The notes under the pieces are model-generated. The model ran no database searches. It saw only the letters and a program-made list of their open reading frames with translations, and was not told the origin of the DNA. A stretch of DNA of 64,000 nucleotides from an uncultured Bacilli bacterium. Its GTDB lineage: Bacteria > Bacillota_I > Bacilli_A > RF39 > UBA660. The stretch is taken from the NCBI GenBank assembly GCA_934099115.1, contig CAKOPK010000006.1, forward strand, positions 372 through 64,371, given 5' to 3'. Positions 40,702-50,009 of the stretch are shown piece by piece. The translations under genes were made by a program, and so were the position numbers. Each line of letters opens with the position of its first letter. Position 1 is the first letter of the stretch.

Positions 40702-42039
40702 TCAAGTCACTACATAAGGGTCTAATGCAGTACCTAAACCAGTAAACTGAATATCTTTTCTTAAATTAATAACCGGTCTAACACCGTTTCCACCATGTGC
40801 ATAAGGTGCACCTATTGCCCCACTTAAAGTCATATAAAAAACAAGGGCATAACCATAAGTATCAAAAATGCATGGAGACATACTCCAAGAAGTCTTGTTA
40901 TTATACAAATAATAATTTAAATTGTTAATCTGATTGACCCCACCAGCATAAGCCATTTCATCAACTGTAATTAGACCTATGGGAGTATCTATTCTATCAT
41001 TTATATCTACACAATTAAATATTGGATTTTTATAAACATCTAATCTTAAATGGGGAGCATAATAAGTTAAAGTCTTCCCCGTTCCTCCTGTATTATTTAA
41101 AGAACTATCATTTGTAGAGGGTTGTCTGTCATTACAGAAAGTTGCTCCCTCACCAGTTGCTATATAACTTGTATAGCCACTTAAATTGCTACTATACCAA
41201 TTATCAAGCGCTTCTTTAACAGCACTATTTGCTCCTCTACCATGGACTTCTCCATTTGTATATTGAAACCCTACATACATATTATCATTAGCTAAAGCAC
41301 TAGCAAAAGCACTCTCTCCTATTTGAGTAGTCTCTCCTGTTTGATCTGTCGTTGGTCCATTATAAATCATTCTAATAGTACCATCGCCATTTATTCTGAT
41401 AATTCTCCAATAATATCCTCCAAACTTTACCCAATTGTCTGTTGGTGCTCCTGCAAAATAATAAGTTGCTCCATAATCATCATATTGAGTACTATCTAAT
41501 GATTTATAAATAACCCCTGAAGTTGCATCAGTAAGTGCTATTGAAAAGTCATTTCTCGTTTTTATGGTATTGATATTAGCCAAAATTGATTCGCACGAAA
41601 TTCCATTACATTGATAACTATCAAAATATAAATAACATTTTGTTCCTTTTTTACCTAAGCCATATACATTTATTAATTTATTTTCATAGCCAAAAGTTAT
41701 AGAACTATCTTTATTTCCATTTACTGCACAATAACTTTTATCTTGGTTTAATTTATAACCATTTGATGGAACTGTATCACTTGCCTTATATTCTCCATTA
41801 TCTTCAATATACATAGATACTAAATTTAAATCTGGTACTGTATAATTAATTGTTCCTCTTGCTAGTTCAATACTCTGTGTAGTTCTATACTTAGCTCTAG
41901 ATGTATTAAAAATTAATAAGGTAAGAAGCATAACTCCACATATAATTCCTATATAAAAATACTTTTTCTTTTTTTCAAAAGCATAAAATCTTAACTTTTT
42001 CATTCTTAAAACTCCTTCATTTATTCTAATGCAAGCCAC
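40702..42039 (-). CDS. Membrane-anchored extracytoplasmic protein of unknown function, paralog B
   Basis: Same length (445 aa) and same conserved blocks as paralog A. An alternative start is MKKLRF at 42003. Confidence 0.8.
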   Translation of the reverse strand: MACIRINEGVLRMKKLRFYAFEKKKKYFYIGIICGVMLLTLLIFNTSRAKYRTTQSIELARGTINYTVPDLNLVSMYIEDNGEYKASDTVPSNGYKLNQDKSYCAVNGNKDSSITFGYENKLINVYGLGKKGTKCYLYFDSYQCNGISCESILANINTIKTRNDFSIALTDATSGVIYKSLDSTQYDDYGATYYFAGAPTDNWVKFGGYYWRIIRINGDGTIRMIYNGPTTDQTGETTQIGESAFASALANDNMYVGFQYTNGEVHGRGANSAVKEALDNWYSSNLSGYTSYIATGEGATFCNDRQPSTNDSSLNNTGGTGKTLTYYAPHLRLDVYKNPIFNCVDINDRIDTPIGLITVDEMAYAGGVNQINNLNYYLYNNKTSWSMSPCIFDTYGYALVFYMTLSGAIGAPYAHGGNGVRPVINLRKDIQFTGLGTALDPYVVT

Positions 42040-42142
42040 ATTCTAATTGTGATTTAAATATAACACAGAGCAGCCACATTGTCAATGTTGTTTTTAAAAT
42101 AAATTTAATGATTGTTGATATAATGCAAAAGAGGTAAAAGTT

Positions 42143-42364
42143 ATGGAATTTAAAGCAAACAATTATAAACCAAACGATATTTTAAAATTTATACGTCAAA
42201 GTACAGGTAAAACCCAAAAAGAATTTGCTCAAACTATAAATAAATCTGAAAACTGGCAATTTTGCAATGAAAAAGGAATATCTAATTATTACTTTAAAGA
42301 CCTTTTAGATTTAGCAAATTACTACAACATTGAAATTATAATCAAAGAAAAAAATACTAACTAA
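42143..42364 (+). CDS. Small XRE-family HTH protein
   Basis: KTQKEFAQTINKSENWQFCNEKG is an HTH-like segment; 73 aa. It is divergent from paralog B. Confidence 0.65.
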   Translation: MEFKANNYKPNDILKFIRQSTGKTQKEFAQTINKSENWQFCNEKGISNYYFKDLLDLANYYNIEIIIKEKNTN

Positions 42365-43545
42365 ATAGTATCTTTTTTATGCATAAATATAATTTTAAAC
42401 TCTGTATATTCCCCTTCTTTACTAGTAACTTCTATCTTTCCATTTTCTTTTTCAATAATAAGTTTAGCCATATTTAAACCTATACCAAAACTATTTTTTG
42501 AAGAATCAGTTGTATAAAATCTCTTAAATATATTCTTAATTTCTTTCTTAGAAATACCTAATCCATTATCTTTTATAGAAATACTATTATAAATAGGGTT
42601 ACATTCCCCTTCTATAGTAATAACTCCTCCATAATTTACGTGTTCATAAGCATTCTTTAATATATTCATTAAAGCTTCTTTAGTCCATTTAATATCACAA
42701 ATAACATCAAAGTCTAAATGCTTATATTCTAGATAAATATTTTTTAATTCCATTGGTATTAATAAAGATTCCAAAGACTCTTCTATAAGACAACTAGCCT
42801 TTATTCTCTCTTCTTTTAAAAGAATAGAACCACTATCTAATTTACTATATTTTAATAAAGTTGTAATTAACCATTCCATTTTTTCTAATTCTCTAGACTG
42901 TTTATTTAAAAAATCTGTTCTTTCTTCATAAGTTAATTCATTATTCTTTAATATATCATTAATAACCATTAAAGCAGTAAGAGGAGTTTTTAATTGATGT
43001 GAAATATCTTCTAAAGTATTCATCAAATATACTTGTTCTCTTCTTTCATATAAACTTAAATCTTTTAACTTAATTGCTACTTTATAAATATCATTTTTTA
43101 ACACTGATATCTCATCTTCTTGATAATCTTGAAAATTAAGTCCATAGGTCCCACTTAATATTTGATTTAAATATGAATTAATAGTATTTATTTCTTTTTT
43201 TATTTTTCTCTTAGAAATTCCAAAGATAATAAAAAATCCTAATAAAAACATTAAAAATAAACTTAAATTAATAAATATAGTTTTATCTCGAACTTCTCTA
43301 TAATTTTTAAACTCTTTTAAAGTATTTTCATTAATACCATAAGTCTTCAAAAACTTATGATTTTTATTTTCATCTAACAAAGAATCTATAATAATTTCTT
43401 CTGTATCTGGATATTTTTCTAAAATATTTCCTATAATATTTGAATTTGTATCAATAATATATTCTTGATATTGTTTTACAATATATAAATTAGCTAATAA
43501 AACAATAAAAAGAGAACAACATATATAACCAATTATCTTTTTCAT
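42361..43545 (-). CDS. Sensor histidine kinase (two TM segments, about 70-aa extracellular loop)
   Basis: H-box SHQLKTPLTAL, N-box NILKNAYEH, G-box DNGLGI...GIGLNMAK. Confidence 0.92.
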   Translation of the reverse strand: MKKIIGYICCSLFIVLLANLYIVKQYQEYIIDTNSNIIGNILEKYPDTEEIIIDSLLDENKNHKFLKTYGINENTLKEFKNYREVRDKTIFINLSLFLMFLLGFFIIFGISKRKIKKEINTINSYLNQILSGTYGLNFQDYQEDEISVLKNDIYKVAIKLKDLSLYERREQVYLMNTLEDISHQLKTPLTALMVINDILKNNELTYEERTDFLNKQSRELEKMEWLITTLLKYSKLDSGSILLKEERIKASCLIEESLESLLIPMELKNIYLEYKHLDFDVICDIKWTKEALMNILKNAYEHVNYGGVITIEGECNPIYNSISIKDNGLGISKKEIKNIFKRFYTTDSSKNSFGIGLNMAKLIIEKENGKIEVTSKEGEYTEFKIIFMHKKDTI

Positions 43546-44213
43546 AACACTAATTTATAACCCATTCCTCTAACTGTTAAAATAACTTTCGGATTACTAG
43601 GGTCATCCTCTATTTTTTCTCTAATTCTCTTCATATAAACTGTAAGAGTATTATCATTAACATAAGCTTCTTCTGTATCCCAAATACTTGCTAAAATGTT
43701 TTCTCTTGTAAATACTTTATTAGGATTTTGAAATAAAATTAATAATATCTTATATTCTAATGCTGTTAATAGTATTTTCTCCTCATTTTTATATACACTA
43801 GCATCTTTAGTATTTAAACGAATATTTTGTACTTGTAAAATATCACTATTAAAAGAATTACTTCTTCTTAAAACAGAATGAATACGAGAAATCAATTCTC
43901 TAATTTTAAATGGTTTTGTAATATAATCATCCGCTCCCAATTCTAAAGCTTCTACAATACTAGCTTCTAAATCATTAGCAGTCAAAAATATAGTAGGAAT
44001 ATCTCTTTCTTGTCTAATTTCTTTAAATAATTGAGTTCCATTAATATCAGGCAAATTAATATCTAAAATCATCAAATGAACCGTATTATCTTTTAATATT
44101 TCTAAAGCTTTATTCCCTGATGAAGCACATAATATTTGATACCCTTCTTTTTCTAAACAAAACTTTAATCCATCTAAAATAATATCCTCATCTTCTACTA
44201 AAAGTAAAGTCAT
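43542..44213 (-). CDS. OmpR-family response regulator
   Basis: MTLLLVEDEDI...DINLPDING receiver domain, and the winged-helix C-terminus TVRGMGYKLV. Confidence 0.93.
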   Translation of the reverse strand: MTLLLVEDEDIILDGLKFCLEKEGYQILCASSGNKALEILKDNTVHLMILDINLPDINGTQLFKEIRQERDIPTIFLTANDLEASIVEALELGADDYITKPFKIRELISRIHSVLRRSNSFNSDILQVQNIRLNTKDASVYKNEEKILLTALEYKILLILFQNPNKVFTRENILASIWDTEEAYVNDNTLTVYMKRIREKIEDDPSNPKVILTVRGMGYKLVL

Positions 44214-44265
44214 AAAAACCTCCAAAAAAAGTATATCACGAAACAAAAGAATATTCTATTACAAT

Positions 44266-45219
44266 TTAGTCATAATCTTTTACTCTAACAAGTCTCTTTG
44301 CTTGCTCTAAATCTATATTACCTAAAATATTATTAATATGTTCTATTAATTTTTTATAAACTAAAATATCTTCTCCTTTATAAAATAACTTATGAATATA
44401 AGGATATATATTTTCTATATCTTCTTTATTTACTATTTCATAAAATAAACGGTCATTCTTTGTAATTAATGAATAAAGTATGACATCTTTAAAAGCATAA
44501 TAAAAATATTCAATAATATAATCATCTATTTGATAAGAATTAATAATAGAAAATCTTCTTAAAGAATAAGGAATAACTCCCCCTATTCGTTTATACTCTT
44601 TATAAACAATTTGCGATATATAATCATTAACTAGTTCTTCCGTAAGAGTATCTGCAAATAAAGAATTAGTAATAATTGTATCATCTTTTATAGCAAGAGC
44701 ATCTATACTTAAAGCATGATTAAACTCATGAATAATAGTATTTAAATCAATTGCAAAAATAGGCAATAACACAAATTTAGAAACCTTCTCGTTTATTAAT
44801 CCAAAAGTAAAACAAGGACAATCACTTTCTAAAGCATCCATTAAAGTATAATCAAAATCCTCTGCTTTAAAAGGACTCTTTAATAAGAATTTAGATAGTA
44901 AAAATTGAATATCCTTCTCTTCTGAAACACTTCTATTAATAAAATAAAGTTTTTCTAAATATTTAAGATAATATTCTATAACATATCTATCATGTTTTCT
45001 AATATCTTTACTATAAGTTAAAATAACTTGAAATAATTTTTCTGGAATAAAGAAAATAAAATTTAAATGATTGAGAGTATAAGTAATATATTCTCTAAAT
45101 CTATTATCATATACATTTACAAAAGCTTCTATTAAGGTAGGCATAATTATTTTTAAGCTATCATTTAACTCTTTTGTATACTTTTTATTATATTGTTTTA
45201 TATAATGAAAATCTTCCAT
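44266..45219 (-). CDS. Hypothetical protein with an HExxH motif (possible metallopeptidase)
   Basis: An IHEFNHAL motif mid-protein, with no other recognisable features. It lies directly upstream of the two-component genes on the same strand. Confidence 0.5.
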   Translation of the reverse strand: MEDFHYIKQYNKKYTKELNDSLKIIMPTLIEAFVNVYDNRFREYITYTLNHLNFIFFIPEKLFQVILTYSKDIRKHDRYVIEYYLKYLEKLYFINRSVSEEKDIQFLLSKFLLKSPFKAEDFDYTLMDALESDCPCFTFGLINEKVSKFVLLPIFAIDLNTIIHEFNHALSIDALAIKDDTIITNSLFADTLTEELVNDYISQIVYKEYKRIGGVIPYSLRRFSIINSYQIDDYIIEYFYYAFKDVILYSLITKNDRLFYEIVNKEDIENIYPYIHKLFYKGEDILVYKKLIEHINNILGNIDLEQAKRLVRVKDYD

Positions 45220-45239
45220 AAATCCCCCTAAAAAAAGCT

Positions 45240-45782
45240 TTAGTTTTGAACCAAAGCTGCTCTCTTACAATATTGATAAACATAATTAGTAGTCTTACAA
45301 TCATCTATACTTCTATGAGAACCATAATCTAAGCGAAAAAACTTCTTTAATGTTTCTAACTTATGATTATAAGCTTTAAGTATATAAATTTTTGCTAATT
45401 CCAAAGTATCTATATTCTTATTATATGGTATAGACATATTTAATTTTTTTAATGTTTCTTCAATAAAACCTAAATCAAAATTAGAATTATGAGCTACTAA
45501 TGCATAATCTCCTATAAAATCAAGAAATTTAGGCATAATACTCTCAATACTTTCTTCATTTTTTACAAGATTATCATCTATTCCAGTTATTTTAGTAATA
45601 ATTTCTGGAATAGAATTCTTTGGCTTAATTAAAACACTAAATTCATCTACTAATTCATTATTCTTATATTTTAAAGCTCCGATCTCAATTATTTCACACG
45701 TAGAAGCCTCTAAACCTGTTGTTTCTAAATCAAAAACAACATAATCATCAACCATTTCATTTTCTTTATTTAAAAACATCAT
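45240..45782 (-). CDS. DEDDh 3'-5' exonuclease (DnaQ/PolC-exonuclease-like)
   Basis: ExoI VVFDLETTGL, ExoII AHNSNFDLGFI, ExoIII HRSIDDC. Confidence 0.88.
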   Translation of the reverse strand: MMFLNKENEMVDDYVVFDLETTGLEASTCEIIEIGALKYKNNELVDEFSVLIKPKNSIPEIITKITGIDDNLVKNEESIESIMPKFLDFIGDYALVAHNSNFDLGFIEETLKKLNMSIPYNKNIDTLELAKIYILKAYNHKLETLKKFFRLDYGSHRSIDDCKTTNYVYQYCKRAALVQN

Positions 45783-46360
45783 ATCAATTCCTCTATAATT
45801 TTATAAACATCTTCTTTACCCCTCTTAGTAACGGTAGAAAATGTTATAAATTCTTCTTTCTCATTTAATTTTAAAGTATCACGAATAAGTTTATTCTGTT
45901 TTTCTCGACTATTCTTTCCTACTTTATCAAATTTAGTAGCAACTATCTTAACAGATAAATTATAATATTTAAGAAAATTATACATCAAGCAGTCATCTTC
46001 TGTAGGTTTATGACGATAATCTATAAGTAAGAAAACACACTTTAAATTTTCTCTAGCCTTTAAATACTCTTCAATCATAACCCCAAATTTTCTCTGACGG
46101 TCTTTACTAACGCTCGCATATCCATAACCAGGAACATCTACAAAATAAAACTTTTTATTAATTAAGTAAAAATTTAAAGTCTGGGTTTTTCCTGGTTTAC
46201 TTGAAGTATAAGCAAAATTCTTTCTATTAATAAGCGTATTAATAAAACTAGATTTCCCTACATTACTTCTCCCAACCAATAAAAATTCAGGTAATTTATC
46301 TTCTGGGTACTGACTCGTTCGAACAGCCATACTCATTAATTCAACTTGATTTATTTCCAT
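45779..46360 (-). CDS. engB: Ribosome biogenesis GTPase YsxC/EngB
   Basis: GRSNVGKSSFINTL, DVPGYGYA, TKFDK. The start is set at MEINQVEL. Confidence 0.92.
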   Translation of the reverse strand: MEINQVELMSMAVRTSQYPEDKLPEFLLVGRSNVGKSSFINTLINRKNFAYTSSKPGKTQTLNFYLINKKFYFVDVPGYGYASVSKDRQRKFGVMIEEYLKARENLKCVFLLIDYRHKPTEDDCLMYNFLKYYNLSVKIVATKFDKVGKNSREKQNKLIRDTLKLNEKEEFITFSTVTKRGKEDVYKIIEELI

Positions 46361-46450
46361 CAATATCACCACAACCATTATATAGTAAAAAAAGAAAAAT
46401 TGCAAATAAATAAATGCTTCTAAAAATAAACTTTAATAGGAGGCCTACTT

Positions 46451-46822
46451 ATGGATAAAAATAAACATAATACAAATTTTCCTCCTAATATTGACCCTCA
46501 TGTATTTTCTCTTCTAGCAGTCGCAGTAGGTTATGCTTGTGTCGGAGACTATAATGCCAATGAGCAAAACTCAATCGGAAACTGGTTAATTTTAGTAGGC
46601 CAATATATTCTTACTCATGCTGCTCAGCAACAATTAATAGAAACTAGAATAGAAAATAATAACATAAATATCAACTCTAAAAAATATAAAAGTGGCAAAG
46701 GAGGCCCCTATACAGATAATGAAAATAACAAAAGTAATCAAAATCAAAGAGAAGAAGTAGATTTTCTCTTAGACGTAATAAAAAAAATGAGAGAAGAATT
46801 ATTAAATCAAAAAGAAAAATAA
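46451..46822 (+). CDS. Hypothetical protein (hydrophobic core, Asn/Gln-rich tail)
   Basis: ORF with a GGAGG RBS. No recognisable domain. Confidence 0.55.
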   Translation: MDKNKHNTNFPPNIDPHVFSLLAVAVGYACVGDYNANEQNSIGNWLILVGQYILTHAAQQQLIETRIENNNININSKKYKSGKGGPYTDNENNKSNQNQREEVDFLLDVIKKMREELLNQKEK

Positions 46823-46823
46823 A

Positions 46824-47300
46824 TTATTGATTTATAAAATAAGAAAAGGTCCTATCATTAATAATCTTAACAAGAATTTCTGGTTTAAATTTATTATTTA
46901 TTAAATCCTCTTTATCCATCCAAATAAACTTTAAATGTCCTTTATGCCACTCCTCTGTACAAGGTATAGACTCCAAAGTATATAAATCCGAATTTACAAA
47001 TCTAATTTCTTGAATCACTAAAATTTCATGATATTTTTTACCATTAAAAGAAGACACAAAAAAATTTTCTATCATTCCAAGTGCCTTTACAAATTCACAA
47101 GAAATTCCAGTCTCTTCCTGAAATTCTCTAATTGCAGTAAAAATTGTATTTTCTCCTAAAAGAACACGTCCACCAGGCAAAGTTACATGAGTTACTCGGT
47201 CATCTTTTTGTACTAATATTTTATCTTTATTTCGAATAACTATAGCAACCCGAAAATTAAAAACTACATTTTCTTTTTCAAAATTGATATCTAAATTCAT
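46824..47300 (-). CDS. NUDIX hydrolase
   Basis: Nudix box GGRVLLGENTIFTAIREFQEETGI. Confidence 0.88.
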   Translation of the reverse strand: MNLDINFEKENVVFNFRVAIVIRNKDKILVQKDDRVTHVTLPGGRVLLGENTIFTAIREFQEETGISCEFVKALGMIENFFVSSFNGKKYHEILVIQEIRFVNSDLYTLESIPCTEEWHKGHLKFIWMDKEDLINNKFKPEILVKIINDRTFSYFINQ

Positions 47301-47370
47301 ACTTCCTCCAAACTAACTAAAGTATAAAACTTAAAATCTAAAAACACAAGGAAAAAGAATGACTAAATAC

Positions 47371-47550
47371 TCATTCTTCTTTTCTTAAAACTCTAGAGTG
47401 ACTAGTTTTAATTATTTTATCTATATTATACTTTTCTTTACTACTATAATCTATATTATATCCAAAATCATTTAATACCCCATGTTTAAAATAATCCAAA
47501 TGTTCTTCTGTTCCACTAAATCCACAATAATAACTATCTTTTTCTTTCAC
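47371..47550 (-). CDS. Possible small hypothetical protein (59 aa, GTG start)
   Basis: Own translation: VKEKDSYYCGFSGTEEHLDYFKHGVLNDFGYNIDYSSKEKYNIDKIIKTSHSRVLRKEE. A weak GGGTGA RBS lies upstream. It is not in the supplied track. Confidence 0.25.
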   Translation of the reverse strand: MKEKDSYYCGFSGTEEHLDYFKHGVLNDFGYNIDYSSKEKYNIDKIIKTSHSRVLRKEE

Positions 47551-47590
47551 AAAAAATCACCCATTTATAATATGGATGATTATCAAAATA

Positions 47591-49696
47591 TTATGTATTA
47601 CTAAGAGTTACTTCTAAGGTCTTACTTAAATCAATAACTTCCCCTTCTGGAATAGAAGCCTGGGTAACAACGCCATAACCATTAAAGCTAAAATTTAACC
47701 CGACTAAATTACAGAAATTCATAACTTCACTACTACTCCAACCTACCATATTAGGCATTAATACTTCTGTTCCATCTGTAAGCAAGAATATTTTACTTCC
47801 TTCTAAAACTTGTGTTTTATTAAGTGGATATTGATTAACAATATTTTTTCCATTACCAATCGTATAGACTTTTAATTTTAAATTACTTAATATTTCTTTA
47901 GTAGTATCTAAATCACTACTAATATAATTATTAAGAGTTATAATCTTAGAACTATCTCCAGTATTCTTAGTATTAGTAATATTTGCATAATTAGCAATAC
48001 TTTCTACTGTTTTACGAACAACAGAAGCAAGAGCACTAGAACCTCCATCAATTTGTTTTACAGAAGCATATATAATATATTCTGGGTCTTCATAAGGAAA
48101 AACCCCTGCAAAAGAACGAATATAATTAGTAGAGCCAGTTAAATAACCACCATTTGGACTAGCTATTTGAGCAGTTCCCGTCTTACCCATCAAAGTAACA
48201 TTATTAGGTTGCCATATCTTAGATAAACCATTATAAACCATGTTATACATTAATTCTTTAATTTTCTTTATAGATTCTTTAGATACTTTTTGTCCTAAAG
48301 AATTTCTTCCTCCCTGATAAGTAATATTACCACTTTGGTCAATAATCTTATCTACAATATAAGGCTTAATCATCTCTCCACCATTAGCAATAATACTCAA
48401 AGCTTGTAAAGTTTGAATTGGTGTTGTAGTAATACCTTGTCCATAAGAAGCAGTTGCAATCTCTGATTGATAGTTCGGATTAACAATACCACTTTCTTCT
48501 CCCGGAAGTTCAATACCCGTCTTAGAACCAAAGCCTAAAGATTTATAAAAAGATTTTAATTTACCCTTCTCTTTTTCTTCTACTTTTAAAGCCAAATAAG
48601 TAGCTCCTACATTAGAAGAATAAGCAAAACCAGTATCATAATTAATAAGACCCCAACCAGAATTATTAAAGTCTCTAATGGTTGCATCTGCAACTACAAC
48701 ACTACCAGACATATACTCTTCACTACCATTATATACTCCAGACTCCATAGCAGCTAACCAAGAAAATATCTTCATAGTACTACCAGGTTCATAAGTATAA
48801 CCAACAAGAGGATTCACATAATTGGATAAACCTTCTAAAGTATTCGGATTAAAATTAGGACTAGTAGCACTTCCAACAATAGCACCTGTATTAGCATTCA
48901 TAACACTAATCGTAAACCAAGAAAAAGTATTATTTTCTTCTAAAGTATGAACTGCATCCTCTAAAATAAGCTGTATTTGAGTATCTAAAGTTAAATATAT
49001 ATCACTACCATTAATGGGTTCTATAGTATAAGCTTCTCCTACTTGATATCCTAAAGCACTCTGATACTCCGTATAACCATCTGTTCCCTTTAAAATATCA
49101 TTATAATAACTCTCTACTCCCATTTCTCCAACAATTTCTCCATCTTCATTTTGTTTCGCATAACCAACAATATAAGAAGCCATCTTAGATTTTTTATAAT
49201 ATCTTTTACTACCAGCAGTAAAAGATATTCCTGGTAAAGCAAGAGCATCTATCTCTTGTTTTTTATTCTCACTTAAATTTCTTCCCTTTGTTCCAAACTC
49301 TACTTGATAAGCTCCTTTAACATTTAATCTTCCTAAAACATAATTATAGTCCATATTTAAAACTTCTGCTAAAGCTTTAGCTGTACCTTCTTTATCCACA
49401 ACATGATTAGGTTTATCAGGATTAGTAGTTCTAGATTCACTTAAATAAGCAATTAAAGTATAAGAGTTTACATTTTGAGCAATAGCATCCCCATTTACAT
49501 CATATATATTTCCTCTAGACGCATATAAAGTCTTTTTAGTAGTATTTCTATTACTAACAAACTCTTTTAAATTAGTTCCATCTACATTTGTTACAATAGC
49601 AACATATTCTAACTTTATAATAGCAGCTATAAAAGCACAAAAAAAGGCCAAGACAATAATTTTATTTATTTTAACACATGACCTTTTTTTCTTCAT
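47591..49696 (-). CDS. Penicillin-binding protein 2B / FtsI-type transpeptidase with C-terminal PASTA domains
   Basis: Motifs SxxK (GSTMK), SxN (SSN) and KTG (GKTGTA), plus an N-terminal TM anchor. It follows ftsL in the dcw cluster. Confidence 0.93.
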   Translation of the reverse strand: MKKKRSCVKINKIIVLAFFCAFIAAIIKLEYVAIVTNVDGTNLKEFVSNRNTTKKTLYASRGNIYDVNGDAIAQNVNSYTLIAYLSESRTTNPDKPNHVVDKEGTAKALAEVLNMDYNYVLGRLNVKGAYQVEFGTKGRNLSENKKQEIDALALPGISFTAGSKRYYKKSKMASYIVGYAKQNEDGEIVGEMGVESYYNDILKGTDGYTEYQSALGYQVGEAYTIEPINGSDIYLTLDTQIQLILEDAVHTLEENNTFSWFTISVMNANTGAIVGSATSPNFNPNTLEGLSNYVNPLVGYTYEPGSTMKIFSWLAAMESGVYNGSEEYMSGSVVVADATIRDFNNSGWGLINYDTGFAYSSNVGATYLALKVEEKEKGKLKSFYKSLGFGSKTGIELPGEESGIVNPNYQSEIATASYGQGITTTPIQTLQALSIIANGGEMIKPYIVDKIIDQSGNITYQGGRNSLGQKVSKESIKKIKELMYNMVYNGLSKIWQPNNVTLMGKTGTAQIASPNGGYLTGSTNYIRSFAGVFPYEDPEYIIYASVKQIDGGSSALASVVRKTVESIANYANITNTKNTGDSSKIITLNNYISSDLDTTKEILSNLKLKVYTIGNGKNIVNQYPLNKTQVLEGSKIFLLTDGTEVLMPNMVGWSSSEVMNFCNLVGLNFSFNGYGVVTQASIPEGEVIDLSKTLEVTLSNT

Positions 49697-49707
49697 TTAT
49701 AGCTCTC

Positions 49708-50007
49708 CTATTCATCAATTGTTTTAATATTACTATTATTATAACTTAAACCACTTATAGATGCAATATTTTGAATATTATCAATACTAGCAAGTTCATC
49801 AATCTGCATACCTAAAGCTTCATTAGCATCTGTTTGTTTACTAATCTTTGATTTTACACGTTCAAGTTCAATATTTGTCTCAGATAATAGTGCTTTTGTA
49901 TATACCCAAGAAGATGGCATAATGACAAATCCAAATAATACAAGTAAGAAAAACATAAATTTTTCTCCCTTTAACAACTTAATTCTTTTTACTCTTTTAG
50001 TTCTCAT
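49708..50007 (-). CDS. ftsL: Cell division protein FtsL
   Basis: A small bitopic protein with a coiled-coil region, located between rsmH and the PBP gene. Confidence 0.8.
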   Translation of the reverse strand: MRTKRVKRIKLLKGEKFMFFLLVLFGFVIMPSSWVYTKALLSETNIELERVKSKISKQTDANEALGMQIDELASIDNIQNIASISGLSYNNSNIKTIDE

Positions 50008-50009
50008 TA

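Noticed and set aside
35437-44213. A lantibiotic or bacteriocin biosynthesis cluster (an ABC transporter and TCS with unknown genes).
   Set aside because: No precursor-peptide ORF, LanB/C/M-type enzyme or peptidase-domain exporter was found. The ABC system is of the FtsX/MacB resistance type.
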